Part shown: piece by piece, positions 1 to 9,920 of the stretch | How the letters are laid out: the number at the start of each line of letters is the position of its first letter | Numbering within the stretch: position 1 is the stretch's first letter | Assembly (NCBI GenBank): GCA_963775425.1 | Contig: CAVZJB010000005.1 | Coordinates: 416,001-480,000, forward strand | Reading direction: 5' to 3' | Source: an uncultured delta proteobacterium | Lineage (GTDB): Bacteria; Myxococcota; UBA727; VGSZ01 | DNA length: 64,000 nt | Notes under the pieces: generated by a model | What the model was told of the DNA's origin: nothing | What the model saw: the letters and a program-made list of their open reading frames with translations, nothing else | The model's database searches: none | Made by a program: the position numbers and the translations under genes

Positions 1-1
1 C

Positions 2-987
2 AAGCCGATGAGCAGCCGTCGCCGTCGGCCAGGTTGCCGTCGTCGCACTGCTCGGCGCCCGCGGCCACGCCGTCGCCGCAGGTGGTCGAGCACGCGCTCG
101 GCGCGCCGGCACACGCATAGCCGGGCTCGACGGTGCAGACGCTCGAGCAGCCGTCGCCGTCGTCGCCGTTGCCGTCGTCGCAGTCCTCGCTGCCGGGGTC
201 GACGCTGCCGTCGCCGCACGGCGACGCCGCGCACTGGCCGCTGTTGTCGCCGCCGTCGTTGTAGTCGAGCAGCACGCCGAGGACGGCCTGGGCGCTGGCG
301 AGCTCGCTCGAGTCGATGGCGCAGTCGTCGAGGATGGCCGCGGCCGTCTGCATTGCAGGCGCGACGCCGGCGCCCGAGAGGAAAGCGCGGGTCGCGGCGA
401 GCTCCTCGGCGCTGAGCGGGCGGTTGTACGTGAGCACCCGGCCGACGCGCGCGGTGAGGTACGCCGTGCCCGGCGCGTAGATGCGCCCGACGCTGAACGG
501 ACCGCTCGCCGCCTGGTCGCTCACGTGGGGCCCCGACACCGGCGCGCCCTCGTCGACGCCGACGGTGACGCCGGGGGCCGTGTGCCCGAACTCGCCGAAC
601 ACCACCGACCAGCTCCCCACGGCGGGGCCGCCGACGTGGGCCTCCGACGGATCCCAGCCGTTGTGCGCGCCCACGCACGTTCCACGCGTTCGCCTCCACG
701 GCGCCGCTGTTGCTCCGCAGCGAGACCCCGATGTCGAGCGCGTTCAGCGCGCCCGCGATCCCGTTGGTGGCCCACGGGCTGAACGACGCCGAGCGGTCCG
801 GCATGGCGGTGGGCTCGACCTCGGCGACGATGGTCCACCCCGCACCGGGCACGTAGCTCTGCACGTCAGCGGACGACTCGAGCCACTGCGCGCCGCTGAA
901 ATCGAGCACCGTGACGCCGTCTTCGTCGACGAGCGCGGGCCGCGCCGAGGCGGTGCCCTGCGACAGGTCCTGCCCGGCGGCGCACCG
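2..987 (-). CDS. Partial LamG/ConA-like domain plus CGDG-ECDDGN cysteine-repeat (DUF4215-type) protein; 5'-truncated, frameshifted near 680, runs off the left edge
   Basis: Manual translation: [33 protein letters not shown]...EANAW / TCVGAHNGW...[17 protein letters not shown]...[26 protein letters not shown]...EQCDDGN. The frame is closed by TGA at 988-990 with no suitable start codon. Confidence 0.7.
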
Positions 988-1450
988 TCAACAACAACGG
1001 CACCGAGCAGTGCGACGACGGAAACACCACCGCCGGCGACGGCTGTGGCCCCACGTGCCAGACCGAATTCTGCGGCGACGGCACCGTCAACAACAACGGC
1101 ACCGAGCAGTGCGACGACGGAAACACCACCGCCGGCGACGGCTGTAGCCCCACCTGCCAGAGCGAGTTCTGCGGCGACGGCACCGTGAACAACAACGGCA
1201 TCGAGCAGTGCGACGATGGCAACACCACCGCTGGCGACGGCTGCGACGCCAACTGCCAGACCGAGTTCTGCGGCGACGGCTTCGTGAACAACAACGGCAC
1301 CGAGCAGTGCGACGACGGAAACACCACCGCCGGCGACGGCTGCGACGCCGCCTGCCAAGCCGAGTACTGCGGCGACGGCATCGTGAACAACGGTGAGGAG
1401 TGCGACGACGGAAACCAAGTCGCGGGAGACGGCTGCTCCGCGTCGTGCAT
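982..1450 (+). repeat. About 4.7 tandem 99-bp coding repeats (33 aa, consensus like [33 protein letters not shown])
   Basis: Units begin at 982, 1081, 1180, 1279 and 1378 with near-identical DNA. Confidence 0.9.
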
Positions 1451-2234
1451 GACCGAGTATCTCTACTGGACCAACTTCAGCCCGGGCAAAGTCGTGACGG
1501 GAACGCGTGCTGGCGAAGACGTCGTCGACTTGGTCCCGAGCGGCGTCACCAACGCTAGTGGGATCGCCATCGACCAACAAGATGGCCTGATCTTCTTCAC
1601 GGACGGTTCCGCCAACAAGATCCTACGCTCTGACTTGGACGGCTCGAACGTCGTTGAGCTTCTCGCGCTCTCAGCCGCTCCGTTCTCGATCGACCTCGAT
1701 CCGGTTCGTCAGAAGATGTGGTGGGTAGAGTCGGCCCCCGGTGTTTGGTCTGCCAACGCCGACGGATCGCAGCCGACGCTTGTTGTCGATACTTGGCCCT
1801 ACTACGCCCTGTCACTCGCCATCGATAGTCAGAACGGAAAGATCTACTGGACAGATCTTCGTGCGAGCGCAGACGGCCACGTGCATCGAGCTGACCTTGA
1901 CGGCTCCAACATCGAGGACTTCTTCATCGTCCCCTATTACGAGACGGGCATCGCGCTCGACGTCGATCATGGGTTCTTCTATGTCGTGCAGTCCAAGGAC
2001 GGAACGCTTGGACAATACGAGATCGTCAAGTGCACGCTCGACGGCTCGTCCCGAGGAACGATTGTCAGCGGTCTCCATTCTGCCAATGACATCGCGGTCG
2101 ATCCGAGCGCAGGCATGATCTACTGGACGGACCTGCGCTCGGGCACGATCTCTCGCGCAGGCCTGGACGGGAGCTCTCCGACGACGATCCTTACGATCCC
2201 GGGCGGAAGTCCTCGTGGCATTGCTCTCCCGTGA
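984..2234 (+). CDS. 5'-truncated DUF4215-type Cys-repeat protein with C-terminal YWTD (LDL-receptor class B) beta-propeller
   Basis: ECDDGN repeats, then LYWTN, IFFTD, IYWTD and IYWTD blades with R[AS]xLDGS motifs. No signal peptide; upstream in-frame stop at 897. Confidence 0.8.
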   Translation, partial: TVNNNGTEQCDDGNTTAGDGCGPTCQTEFCGDGTVNNNGTEQCDDGNTTAGDGCSPTCQSEFCGDGTVNNNGIEQCDDGNTTAGDGCDANCQTEFCGDGFVNNNGTEQCDDGNTTAGDGCDAACQAEYCGDGIVNNGEECDDGNQVAGDGCSASCMTEYLYWTNFSPGKVVTGTRAGEDVVDLVPSGVTNASGIAIDQQDGLIFFTDGSANKILRSDLDGSNVVELLALSAAPFSIDLDPVRQKMWWVESAPGVWSANADGSQPTLVVDTWPYYALSLAIDSQNGKIYWTDLRASADGHVHRADLDGSNIEDFFIVPYYETGIALDVDHGFFYVVQSKDGTLGQYEIVKCTLDGSSRGTIVSGLHSANDIAVDPSAGMIYWTDLRSGTISRAGLDGSSPTTILTIPGGSPRGIALP

Positions 2235-2593
2235 GAGCCGTCGCGCATCCCACAGAACCACAACTCGGAGCGGATGGGAGATGCGCAATGCGTGAGCGAA
2301 CGTGGAGACCGCACCGAACGACTGAGACCGCGAGGAGAGCGGCGAGGTCTTCGTGCTGTAAGGGTCATCCAATCTTGTCTCGGCGCATCGACCCCGTAGC
2401 TCCTCAATCCTCGTTCCCACGCCCATCTCCCCTCATCGCCGTCGGCGTCGCCCTCACGAAGGCCGGGGCGACGCCGGCGAGCGAGCACCGGCCTTTCATC
2501 GCTTGAGGCCGAGCCCTCCTCAGCCACGGCGAACGACAGGCGTTGCCCTCCGAGCCCGCACCTCTGCCGGACCAGCTCTCGCATGGCCATCGG

Positions 2594-3025
2594 TCACCGA
2601 TCCCAGTCACGCATCCAGTAGGTCGTCGCTCTGCCCCTGCCCTTCGTGACGACCCCGGACGTCCGCACCAGGTAGTCGAGCGAAGCCTTGACCATCTCCG
2701 CCGTCGTACGAAGCGCCTCCGCGATCACGTCGAGCCGCCGCCCGCCCCCGCCGCGAACGATCTCGCGCAACACCGCCTCCGGACCGACGTAGCCCTTAGC
2801 CACCGACGGTCGTCGCCTTGGCAAAGGAGCTTTCCTTCTACTGCGCCGTGCCTTCTTCCCGCTCCTCGATCGGCGACCGGAGGGAGCGGCCGCGCTCGAT
2901 CGCAACCGACGACCGCGCTCGACCGCATCATCGACCGCCGCGACGAGCGTGGTCACGACAGCCCTGCTGAACCCGGCTCCGCGCCCGCGGCCTTTTCGCG
3001 CGCGAGGTATCGCGCCCCGGGTCAT
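2594..3025 (-). CDS. Small basic putative DNA-binding protein (winged-helix-like C-terminus)
   Basis: K/R-rich linker, then GRRLDVIAEALRTTAEMVKASLDYLVRTSGVVTKGRGRATTYW; ATG at 3025. Confidence 0.6.
   Translation of the reverse strand: MTRGAIPRARKGRGRGAGFSRAVVTTLVAAVDDAVERGRRLRSSAAAPSGRRSRSGKKARRSRRKAPLPRRRPSVAKGYVGPEAVLREIVRGGGGRRLDVIAEALRTTAEMVKASLDYLVRTSGVVTKGRGRATTYWMRDWDR
2867..2902. repeat. 30-bp GATC-bounded palindromic repeat, intragenic copy
   Basis: cGATCGGCGACCGGAGGGAGCGGCCGCGCTCGATCg; matches copies at 27479, 34461, 40929 and 46719. Confidence 0.8.
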
Positions 3026-3344
3026 GACGACTTCGCCTTTCCCGCCGAAGCCGCCTCCGTCGGCACGATCGCGCCACGTCCGGCACAGGTAGTTGACGCC
3101 GTTCACCTGACATCGTCGAGGGCGCTCGTTGCCGACTTTTCGCGATGTGGAACGGGTCGAGGCACACGATCGCCCGCGGGCATCCGGAAGACGAATGGCG
3201 AGGGAAAGCCGGTGCCGACGAGGATGCCGTCGCCGTGACACGCAACCGTGCACGTGAGCCGCACGCGCTCGCCGTACACGCGACCGCTCGCCCATCACGC
3301 TCAGCCGCGTTCCAATGGCTCTTCGGTGGACACGCGCCATGAAA

Positions 3345-3368
3345 GCGGGGGGCAAGCCCCCGCCCTAC
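3345..3368 (-). repeat. GTAG-family REP-like palindrome
   Basis: Minus strand reads GTAG-GGCGGGGG-CTTGC-CCCCCGC: a GTAG tetramer followed by a GC hairpin, intergenic. Confidence 0.5.
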
Positions 3369-3455
3369 GGGTCGCCGACGTGCGCGGAAGAGCGGGGCGT
3401 CGCGCAGCCGGGCCGCACCACGTGCCAGTGCGGCTCTCCGATCGAGGCCGTGGTG

Positions 3456-4506
3456 TCAGAGCTCGAACATGATGAGCTTCAGGATCTGCTCCTGACCCTC
3501 ACCGATGCCGGGCTCCTCGTGGAACGAGGAGTAGACGACGCGCCCGGAGCCGTGGTCGAAGCCGACGGTCATCGGGACGTTGTCGAGCACGCTGCCGTCG
3601 AGGAGCGGGACGCCGTCGGCCTTGATGTAGACGTCGACGTCCGGGGCGGTGCCGACCATCACGCTCCACGTGGTGAGCCCGAAGTGCAGCCCGACCACCC
3701 CCGAGCCCATGCGCTGCGCGAGCGCCGGGTCGATGACGTTGGCCTGGAGCTCGGCGAGGTCGCCCTGGTCGCCGGCGCCGCGCACGTCGTCGGCGCCCAG
3801 GAAGTCGATCTTGTCGGGGAAGGCGACCTCGATGAGGTCGTACGCCTGGTCCGCGGCGTAGAGGCTGCCGCCGCGGGCGACGAAGTCGCGCAGGCGCTGC
3901 TGCATCTCGGGGTGGGCCATGTACGTGGCCTCGTTGCTCCGGCAGTTGAGGAAGAGGATGTCGTAGTTGTCGAGGCCGTCGTCGGTGGCGAGGAGCTGCT
4001 CGGCCCAGTCGCTCTGGTAGACGTCGAGCGTGGCGAGGTCGATGCCGAGCTCCTGCAGGACGCCCTCGACGCGGTCGTAATTGCTGCCGTGGACCACCGC
4101 GATGCGCAGGAGCGGATCGAGGCCGCACGCGTCGTCGGGCAGGGTGACGACGTCGTTCGCGGGGACCTCCACATCGCGCACGATGTCGACGCCGCCCTTG
4201 GTGATGTGCACGCGCTGCGGGCCCGCGACCACGCCGTCGAGCCGGAAGCGGCCGTCGGCGTCGGTGACGCCGGTGACGCGGTCGCCGCCGGCGGGGGCGA
4301 TGACGACGTCCGCGGCCGCGAGCCAGGTGGTGCCGTCGGGCTGACAGAATCCGGCCGGCCACCGAGCCGAGCGTGGGCTCGGGCTCCGGATCCGGTGCCG
4401 GCTTCTCCGGCGGCGGCTTGGTGGCGACCTGCTGGAGCGGCTCGACGCCGCAGTCGCACGAGGAGACCACCAGGAGCCCGAACGCGAGGACGAGGGCACG
4501 ATTCAT
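3456..4506 (-). CDS. Lipoprotein with carboxypeptidase-regulatory-like domain and GATase-like C-terminal domain; +1 frameshift at ~4348
   Basis: MNRALVLAFGLLVVSSC lipobox and Pro linker in one frame; CQPDGTTWL...TDADGRFRLDGV...YDILFLNC...GRVVYSSFHEE in the next. Removing one base from GATTCT joins them. Confidence 0.7.
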
Positions 4507-4652
4507 GGTCGCCTTGCTAGCGGCGCCGAACGCACTCGGCAACCACGCTCGCGACCGACGATGTGCGTCGGATCGCAGCCGGATCGGCGCCTCACCGCGG
4601 CTCGCGCGGGCGGGCGCCCTCTCGTATGCTGCGCCTCCTCGGAGAGCCGCCC

Positions 4653-6275
4653 ATGAGCCAACGCTTCGACACCCTCGTCCTCGGCAGCGGCGCCGCCGGG
4701 CTCACGTACGCGTTGAAGATGGCGGAGAGCGGCACGGTGGCCGTCGTCACCAAGCGCGACCGGATGTCGAGCAACACCCGCTACGCGCAGGGCGGCATCG
4801 CCGTCGTCGTCGACAAGACCGACTCGTTCGACGCGCACATCAAGGACACCGTCGTCGCCGGCGACGGCCTCAACAAGATCGACATCGTGCGCATGTGCGT
4901 GGAGGAGGGGCCCGCGCGGCTGCAGGAGCTGCTCGGGCTCGGCGTGCAATTCACCCGCAACCCCGACGACAGCGGCCTCGACCTCACGCGCGAGGGTGGC
5001 CACACCGCGCGCCGCGTGGTGCACGCCAAGGACACCACCGGCCTGTCCATCGAGGAGGCGCTCGTCACGGCCGCGAGCGCGCACCCGAACATCGCGTTCT
5101 TCGAGGACCACCACGTCGTCGACCTGATCACCCGGCGCAAGCTCGACGCGTCGTCGTCGTATCGTCGGCGCGGCGAGGGCGATCGCTGCCTCGGCGCCTA
5201 CGTGCTCGACCAGAAGACCAACGCGATCGAGGCGTTCCTCGGCGGCGTGGTGATGCTCGCCACCGGCGGCGCCGGCAAGGTCTACATCTATACGACCAAC
5301 CCCGACGTCGCCACGGGCGACGGCATCGCCATGGCGTATCGCGCGGGGTGCTCCGTCGCCAACATGGAGTTCTTCCAGTTCCATCCCACGGCGTTGTTCC
5401 ACCCGGCGGCGAAGAACTTCCTCATCACCGAGGCCTGCCGCGGCGAGGGCGGCGTCCTGCGGCGCCTCGACGGCGCCGCGTTCATGGCCGACTACCACCC
5501 GATGAAGGACCTCGCGCCGCGCGACATCGTCGCCCGCGCCATCGACGCGGAGCTCAAGCGCACCGGCGACAGCCACGTCGTCCTCGACATGACGCACCTG
5601 AAGCCGGACTTCCTCGACCACCACTTCCCCGGGGTGTCCGCGCAGTTGCTTCGCTTCGGGATCGACATGAAGACGCAGCCGATCCCGGTGGTGCCGGCGG
5701 CGCACTATTGCTGCGGCGGGGTCGTCGTCGACAAGGACGGCCGTACGGCGCTGCCCGGCTTGCTCGCCGCGGGCGAGACCACACACACCGGCTTGCACGG
5801 GGCCAATCGCCTCGCGTCCAACTCGTTGCTCGAGGCCGTTGTCTACGGCCACCGGGCGGCGCAGGTCTCACGGGAAATCCAACGCGACCCTCCGTCGTTG
5901 GATGTGGAGGTGCCCGAGTGGAACACCGGCTTCGCCACCGATCCCGACGAAAACGTGCTGGTCTCGCACGCGTGGGACGAGGTGCGCGCGCTGATGTGGA
6001 ACTACGTCGGCATCGTGCGCAGCAACAAGCGCCTGACGCGGGCCCAGTCCCGCCTGGCGCTGCTCGAAAAGGAGATCCGGGAGGACTACTGGAACTTCGT
6101 CCTCACCCGGGACTTCATCGAGCTGCGCAACATCAGGCTGGTTGCCTCACTCGTCGTCGAGTGCGCGCTCATGCGGCAGGAGAGCCGCGGACTGCACTAC
6201 ACTCTCGACTACCCCACACGGGACGACGCACACTGGCTGCGTGACACCGTGGTGATGAAGGGAAGCCGCTCATGA
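4653..6275 (+). CDS. nadB: L-aspartate oxidase
   Basis: GSGAAG FAD motif, YAQGGIA, REGGHT, QFHPT, HGANRLASNSLLE, ESRGLHY. Confidence 0.96.
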   Translation: MSQRFDTLVLGSGAAGLTYALKMAESGTVAVVTKRDRMSSNTRYAQGGIAVVVDKTDSFDAHIKDTVVAGDGLNKIDIVRMCVEEGPARLQELLGLGVQFTRNPDDSGLDLTREGGHTARRVVHAKDTTGLSIEEALVTAASAHPNIAFFEDHHVVDLITRRKLDASSSYRRRGEGDRCLGAYVLDQKTNAIEAFLGGVVMLATGGAGKVYIYTTNPDVATGDGIAMAYRAGCSVANMEFFQFHPTALFHPAAKNFLITEACRGEGGVLRRLDGAAFMADYHPMKDLAPRDIVARAIDAELKRTGDSHVVLDMTHLKPDFLDHHFPGVSAQLLRFGIDMKTQPIPVVPAAHYCCGGVVVDKDGRTALPGLLAAGETTHTGLHGANRLASNSLLEAVVYGHRAAQVSREIQRDPPSLDVEVPEWNTGFATDPDENVLVSHAWDEVRALMWNYVGIVRSNKRLTRAQSRLALLEKEIREDYWNFVLTRDFIELRNIRLVASLVVECALMRQESRGLHYTLDYPTRDDAHWLRDTVVMKGSRS

Positions 6276-6835
6276 AACGCATCGTCGTCGTCACCGTCGC
6301 CACCGCTGTCTCGCTCGCGCTCGCCTCGTGCAGCTCGTGCAACAAGAAGGAGGACGCGCCGCCTCCCCCGAAGAAGGTGGACCCGCACGGGCCGCCGCAG
6401 ATGCCGATGGCCGGCACCGACGCGGACAACAAGCGCATCGCCGCGCTCGATCTCCAAAAGAAGATCGACGCCGGCCTCGCGACCTTCCAGCACGACGAAA
6501 AGCCCATGGCCGCCGCCGCCGGCGCGCCGCAGCGCAAGGCCGAGTGCTGGTGGGTGGAGGGCACCCCGCGCGCGCCCAAGAAGCTCGTCATCTCCGATCT
6601 CGACGCGAGCGGCGCCGTGCAGTCGAGCGTCGACATGTACTTCGACGACAAGGGCATGCTCGAGTACGCCCACGCCCCCGACGGCCACTTCGTCTTCCAC
6701 ATGGAGGGCCTGGCCCTCTGGCTGGACCCGCAGCAGCGCGTCAAGCGCGGCGTGAAGCCGCAGGACGCGAGCGCGCGGGCGAAGGCGCTCAAGAAGGACA
6801 TGAACGACGCCCTGGCCCTCTTCAAGATCCGCTGA
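6272..6835 (+). CDS. Hypothetical lipoprotein
   Basis: LALASC lipobox; ATGA overlap with nadB. Confidence 0.75.
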   Translation: MKRIVVVTVATAVSLALASCSSCNKKEDAPPPPKKVDPHGPPQMPMAGTDADNKRIAALDLQKKIDAGLATFQHDEKPMAAAAGAPQRKAECWWVEGTPRAPKKLVISDLDASGAVQSSVDMYFDDKGMLEYAHAPDGHFVFHMEGLALWLDPQQRVKRGVKPQDASARAKALKKDMNDALALFKIR

Positions 6836-6886
6836 GCCGCGCCGGCGCGCTCGACCCCGCTCGATCGCCCGCCGCGGCGGGGACGT

Positions 6887-7321
6887 TCAGCGCTTGAAGG
6901 TGCGCACCGCCGACTTGAGATCGGGCTCGGCGGCGATGTTCAGGCTGCGCGCGTGGGTGGCGGCGGTGCGCACCGTGGCCACCAGGTGCTGCAAGCGCCA
7001 CGGCTTGGTGATCACGGCGTGGGCGCCGCCGTTTATCACCGCCTCCGCCGCCATCTCGCGGCTCGACTGCCCGCTCATGAGCACCCGCGCGATCTTCGGG
7101 TGCGTGGCGCGCAGCGAGGCGAGCAGGTCGATGCCGTCGCGCCCGGGCATCAGGTAGTCGCTGACGACGACGTCGACGGCGTGCTCGTCGACGATGGACT
7201 CCGCGTCCTTGGCGCTCGCCGAGGTGAGGACGTCCCACTCCTGCGCCCTCGCGATCTTCACCAGCGCTTCAAGCGCTTCGGCGTCGTCATCGATGAACAG
7301 GACGCGGATCGGTTTCGACAC
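6887..7321 (-). CDS. Single-domain response regulator
   Basis: VLFIDDD, VVSDYLMPGRDG, ITKPW. Confidence 0.9.
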   Translation of the reverse strand: MSKPIRVLFIDDDAEALEALVKIARAQEWDVLTSASAKDAESIVDEHAVDVVVSDYLMPGRDGIDLLASLRATHPKIARVLMSGQSSREMAAEAVINGGAHAVITKPWRLQHLVATVRTAATHARSLNIAAEPDLKSAVRTFKR

Positions 7322-7506
7322 GGCGATCCAGCATGCGACCTCCCGCGTCCGCCAACAACGCGCGTGCGTGAAGCGTCGCAAACTGCGACGCCCGTGCGTG
7401 CGCGGACCGCGCGGGGGTGCAACGAACGTTGACACGCTGTCTCGAGCTGCGCGCGGATCCACGCGGCCTTGCGCGCCTCACGCCCCTGCCCGTCCTTGGC
7501 GACCGC

Positions 7507-8430
7507 TCAGAAGCTCCAGGCTTCGAGCACGCTGTCGCCCGTGTCCTGAGACAGGACGATCTCGAACGCGGAGTCCGTGGGCTTGAACGCGAGCGTGCCG
7601 GCGTCGTCGCCGCCGCGCGTGAGCGTGCCGTGGGTCTGGCCCCAGAAGTCGGGCTCCTCGGGGACGCCGTCGAGGAACGAGCGCCGGATGAGGCCGTCGT
7701 CGAGCGAGAACGACGCGCCGTCGACCTCGCCCTCGAGGGTGAGCGCCGTGTTCCGGTTCTCGGCCGCGTTGTCGACGATGACGACCACGTTCGTGTCTGT
7801 CTCGTGCGCCGTGATGTCGAGGCCGTCGCCGGTGACCGTGAGCGTGCGCTCGGCGCTGCCGTCGTACTGCACCGAGCCCTGGTCGAACCGCGTGGTGTCC
7901 GTGCCGGTCTCGTCGAGGGTGACGCCGTAGCTGTCGCCGCCGTCGCGCACGCTGCCGTCGGCGTGACGCGTGGAGGCGCCGCCGGCGATCCTCGACGAGA
8001 GCGTGAGGTCGAACGCGCCCGCGCGCACCGCGCGGCACGCGACGTCGTGGTCGCGCAGGAAGGCCTCGTGGATGGTGGCCACCGAGGTGTCGTAGTCCGC
8101 GCGCGTCACCTGGTAGCGCGTGGTGGCGTCCTTCTGCACGAGGACGAGGGCGTCGGCGGGGGCGTCGTCGTAGGTGGTGCTTTCGCCGGTGGTGTCCACG
8201 GTGCCGTGCGTGACGGGCACCGTGGTCCCCGTGAGCTGCGCGGCCGCCACGGCGACGTCGAGGCACAAAGACACCTGCTCGTCCACGGTGAAGCGCGGCA
8301 GCACGTCGGCCGTCACCGCGCGCACCGAGGGATCCGTGTCGGAGCCGCCGTCGCCACCGCCGGGCGGCGCGCAGGCGAGCGCGAGCGTGGCGACGACGGA
8401 CGCGGCGGCGATGGAGAGGTGCGTGCGCAT
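7507..8430 (-). CDS. Hypothetical beta-rich lipoprotein
   Basis: LALAC lipobox; T/D/G-rich beta-strand pattern. Confidence 0.75.
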   Translation of the reverse strand: MRTHLSIAAASVVATLALACAPPGGGDGGSDTDPSVRAVTADVLPRFTVDEQVSLCLDVAVAAAQLTGTTVPVTHGTVDTTGESTTYDDAPADALVLVQKDATTRYQVTRADYDTSVATIHEAFLRDHDVACRAVRAGAFDLTLSSRIAGGASTRHADGSVRDGGDSYGVTLDETGTDTTRFDQGSVQYDGSAERTLTVTGDGLDITAHETDTNVVVIVDNAAENRNTALTLEGEVDGASFSLDDGLIRRSFLDGVPEEPDFWGQTHGTLTRGGDDAGTLAFKPTDSAFEIVLSQDTGDSVLEAWSF

Positions 8431-8502
8431 GAGGCGCGCACCCTAGCGCAGGGCCGCGGGAGCGTCAGCGGGCGCCTTCGGTCAGCGGGCGGCCTCGCTC
8501 GC

Positions 8503-9867
8503 TCAGCGTGCGGCCTCGGTCAGCTCGATCATCTTCTCGAGCGCCTTGCGCGCGTCCGCCGCCAGCTCGTCGCGGCTCGCGGCGTCGAGCCGCTCGCGGA
8601 AGCCGGTGGCCTCGTCGACGACGTCGCCGGGCAGCACGCGGTTGAGCTCGGGCGCCCGGTCGTGCCGAAGGAGGTCGAGCATGCCCACGAGGTGGGGCGG
8701 GTCGTTCCTCGACATGGTGGCGCAGCCGCAGCCGAGCGACGCCGCGCCCTTCACGTGCGCGGGGACGTCGGCGAGGTTGACGACGTCGACGCCCCTCTGC
8801 TTGCCCACGTCGCGCGCGTTCCGCACGAAGTGCCCCTCGGTGCCGATGGCGAGCTTGTCGCCGGCCTTGGCCTCGTCGAGGGCCTTCCACAGGTACGCGG
8901 TGGAGCCGGCGCCGTCGGCGGCGTCGACCACCTCCTGCGTGCACTCCGGGTGCACGAGCACGCGATAGCCCTGCGCGCGCCAGTACTCGATCTGCGGCAC
9001 CTTGAAGACCATGTGCACGCCGCAGAAGCTGCCCCACAACACCAGCTCCGCCGCGTCCACCCGCGCCCGCGTGGCCTCGTCGAACGCCATGTTGGCGCCG
9101 TCCCAGCCGCCCTTCCACAGGAAGGTCTTGTCCGGCGGGATCCCGACCTTCTTGCCCGCGTTCCTGCCGAGGTGCTCGTCGGGGACGAACAGGATCTTCT
9201 TTCCCTGCTCCTTCGCCCACTTCATGATCACGGCGGCGTTCGACGACGTGCACACGGCGCCGCCGGTCTTGCCCGCCAGCGCCTTCAGCCGCCCCGACGT
9301 GTTCATGTAGCAGACGACCATGAGGTCGTCGCCGTAGCGGTCGAAGAGCGCGTCGAAGAGCGGCAGCACCATGTCCTCTTTGGCGAGCGCCTCCATGGTG
9401 CAGCCCGACTTGGGGTTCGTGATGTAGACGCTCTGATCGTCGTGCTTCAACAGCGCGATGGTCTCCGCCATGAAGTGCACCGCGCTCTCGACGAAGATCT
9501 TGCGCTCCGGGTTGTTCACCGCCTGCTTGGCGAGCACGTAGCTGTCGGCGATGCGGCCGCCGTAGCGCTCGACGAGCTTCACGATCTCGCCGCCCATGTA
9601 GTAGTGCGCGAGGAGCATGAGCTTGTCGCCGAAGTGCTCGAGCGCCGGCAGGATGTAGCCGTCCATCCAGGGCAGCACGGTCTCCGGCCGGCGGTCCGGC
9701 AGCGCCAGGTACTCGTCGGCGTAGGGCTTGAGCTCCTCCTGGTACCAGTCGAGGGGCAGGTCGGTCTGGCAGATGTCCATGCCCGGCGTGAGCCGGATGC
9801 CGCTCGACTTCATCGAGCGATCGACCTCGACGGTGCGCTTCTTGGTGATGGAGACCAGGGAGGCCAT
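8503..9867 (-). CDS. nadA: Quinolinate synthase
   Basis: LAHYY, ADSY, VHFMAET, three Fe-S Cys (SGCTM, SFCGVH, GCATM), YMNTS, CTSSNA, VHPEC, GST. Confidence 0.93.
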   Translation of the reverse strand: MASLVSITKKRTVEVDRSMKSSGIRLTPGMDICQTDLPLDWYQEELKPYADEYLALPDRRPETVLPWMDGYILPALEHFGDKLMLLAHYYMGGEIVKLVERYGGRIADSYVLAKQAVNNPERKIFVESAVHFMAETIALLKHDDQSVYITNPKSGCTMEALAKEDMVLPLFDALFDRYGDDLMVVCYMNTSGRLKALAGKTGGAVCTSSNAAVIMKWAKEQGKKILFVPDEHLGRNAGKKVGIPPDKTFLWKGGWDGANMAFDEATRARVDAAELVLWGSFCGVHMVFKVPQIEYWRAQGYRVLVHPECTQEVVDAADGAGSTAYLWKALDEAKAGDKLAIGTEGHFVRNARDVGKQRGVDVVNLADVPAHVKGAASLGCGCATMSRNDPPHLVGMLDLLRHDRAPELNRVLPGDVVDEATGFRERLDAASRDELAADARKALEKMIELTEAAR

Positions 9868-9920
9868 GGGCGACCGTACCCTTGGTCCCGGTCCCGGCCA
9901 AGCTGTGGCAGCATCCGCCC

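Noticed and set aside
2235-2590. Short ORFs or an IS remnant in the spacer
   Set aside because: No transposase motifs, terminal repeats or host-like codon bias recognised.
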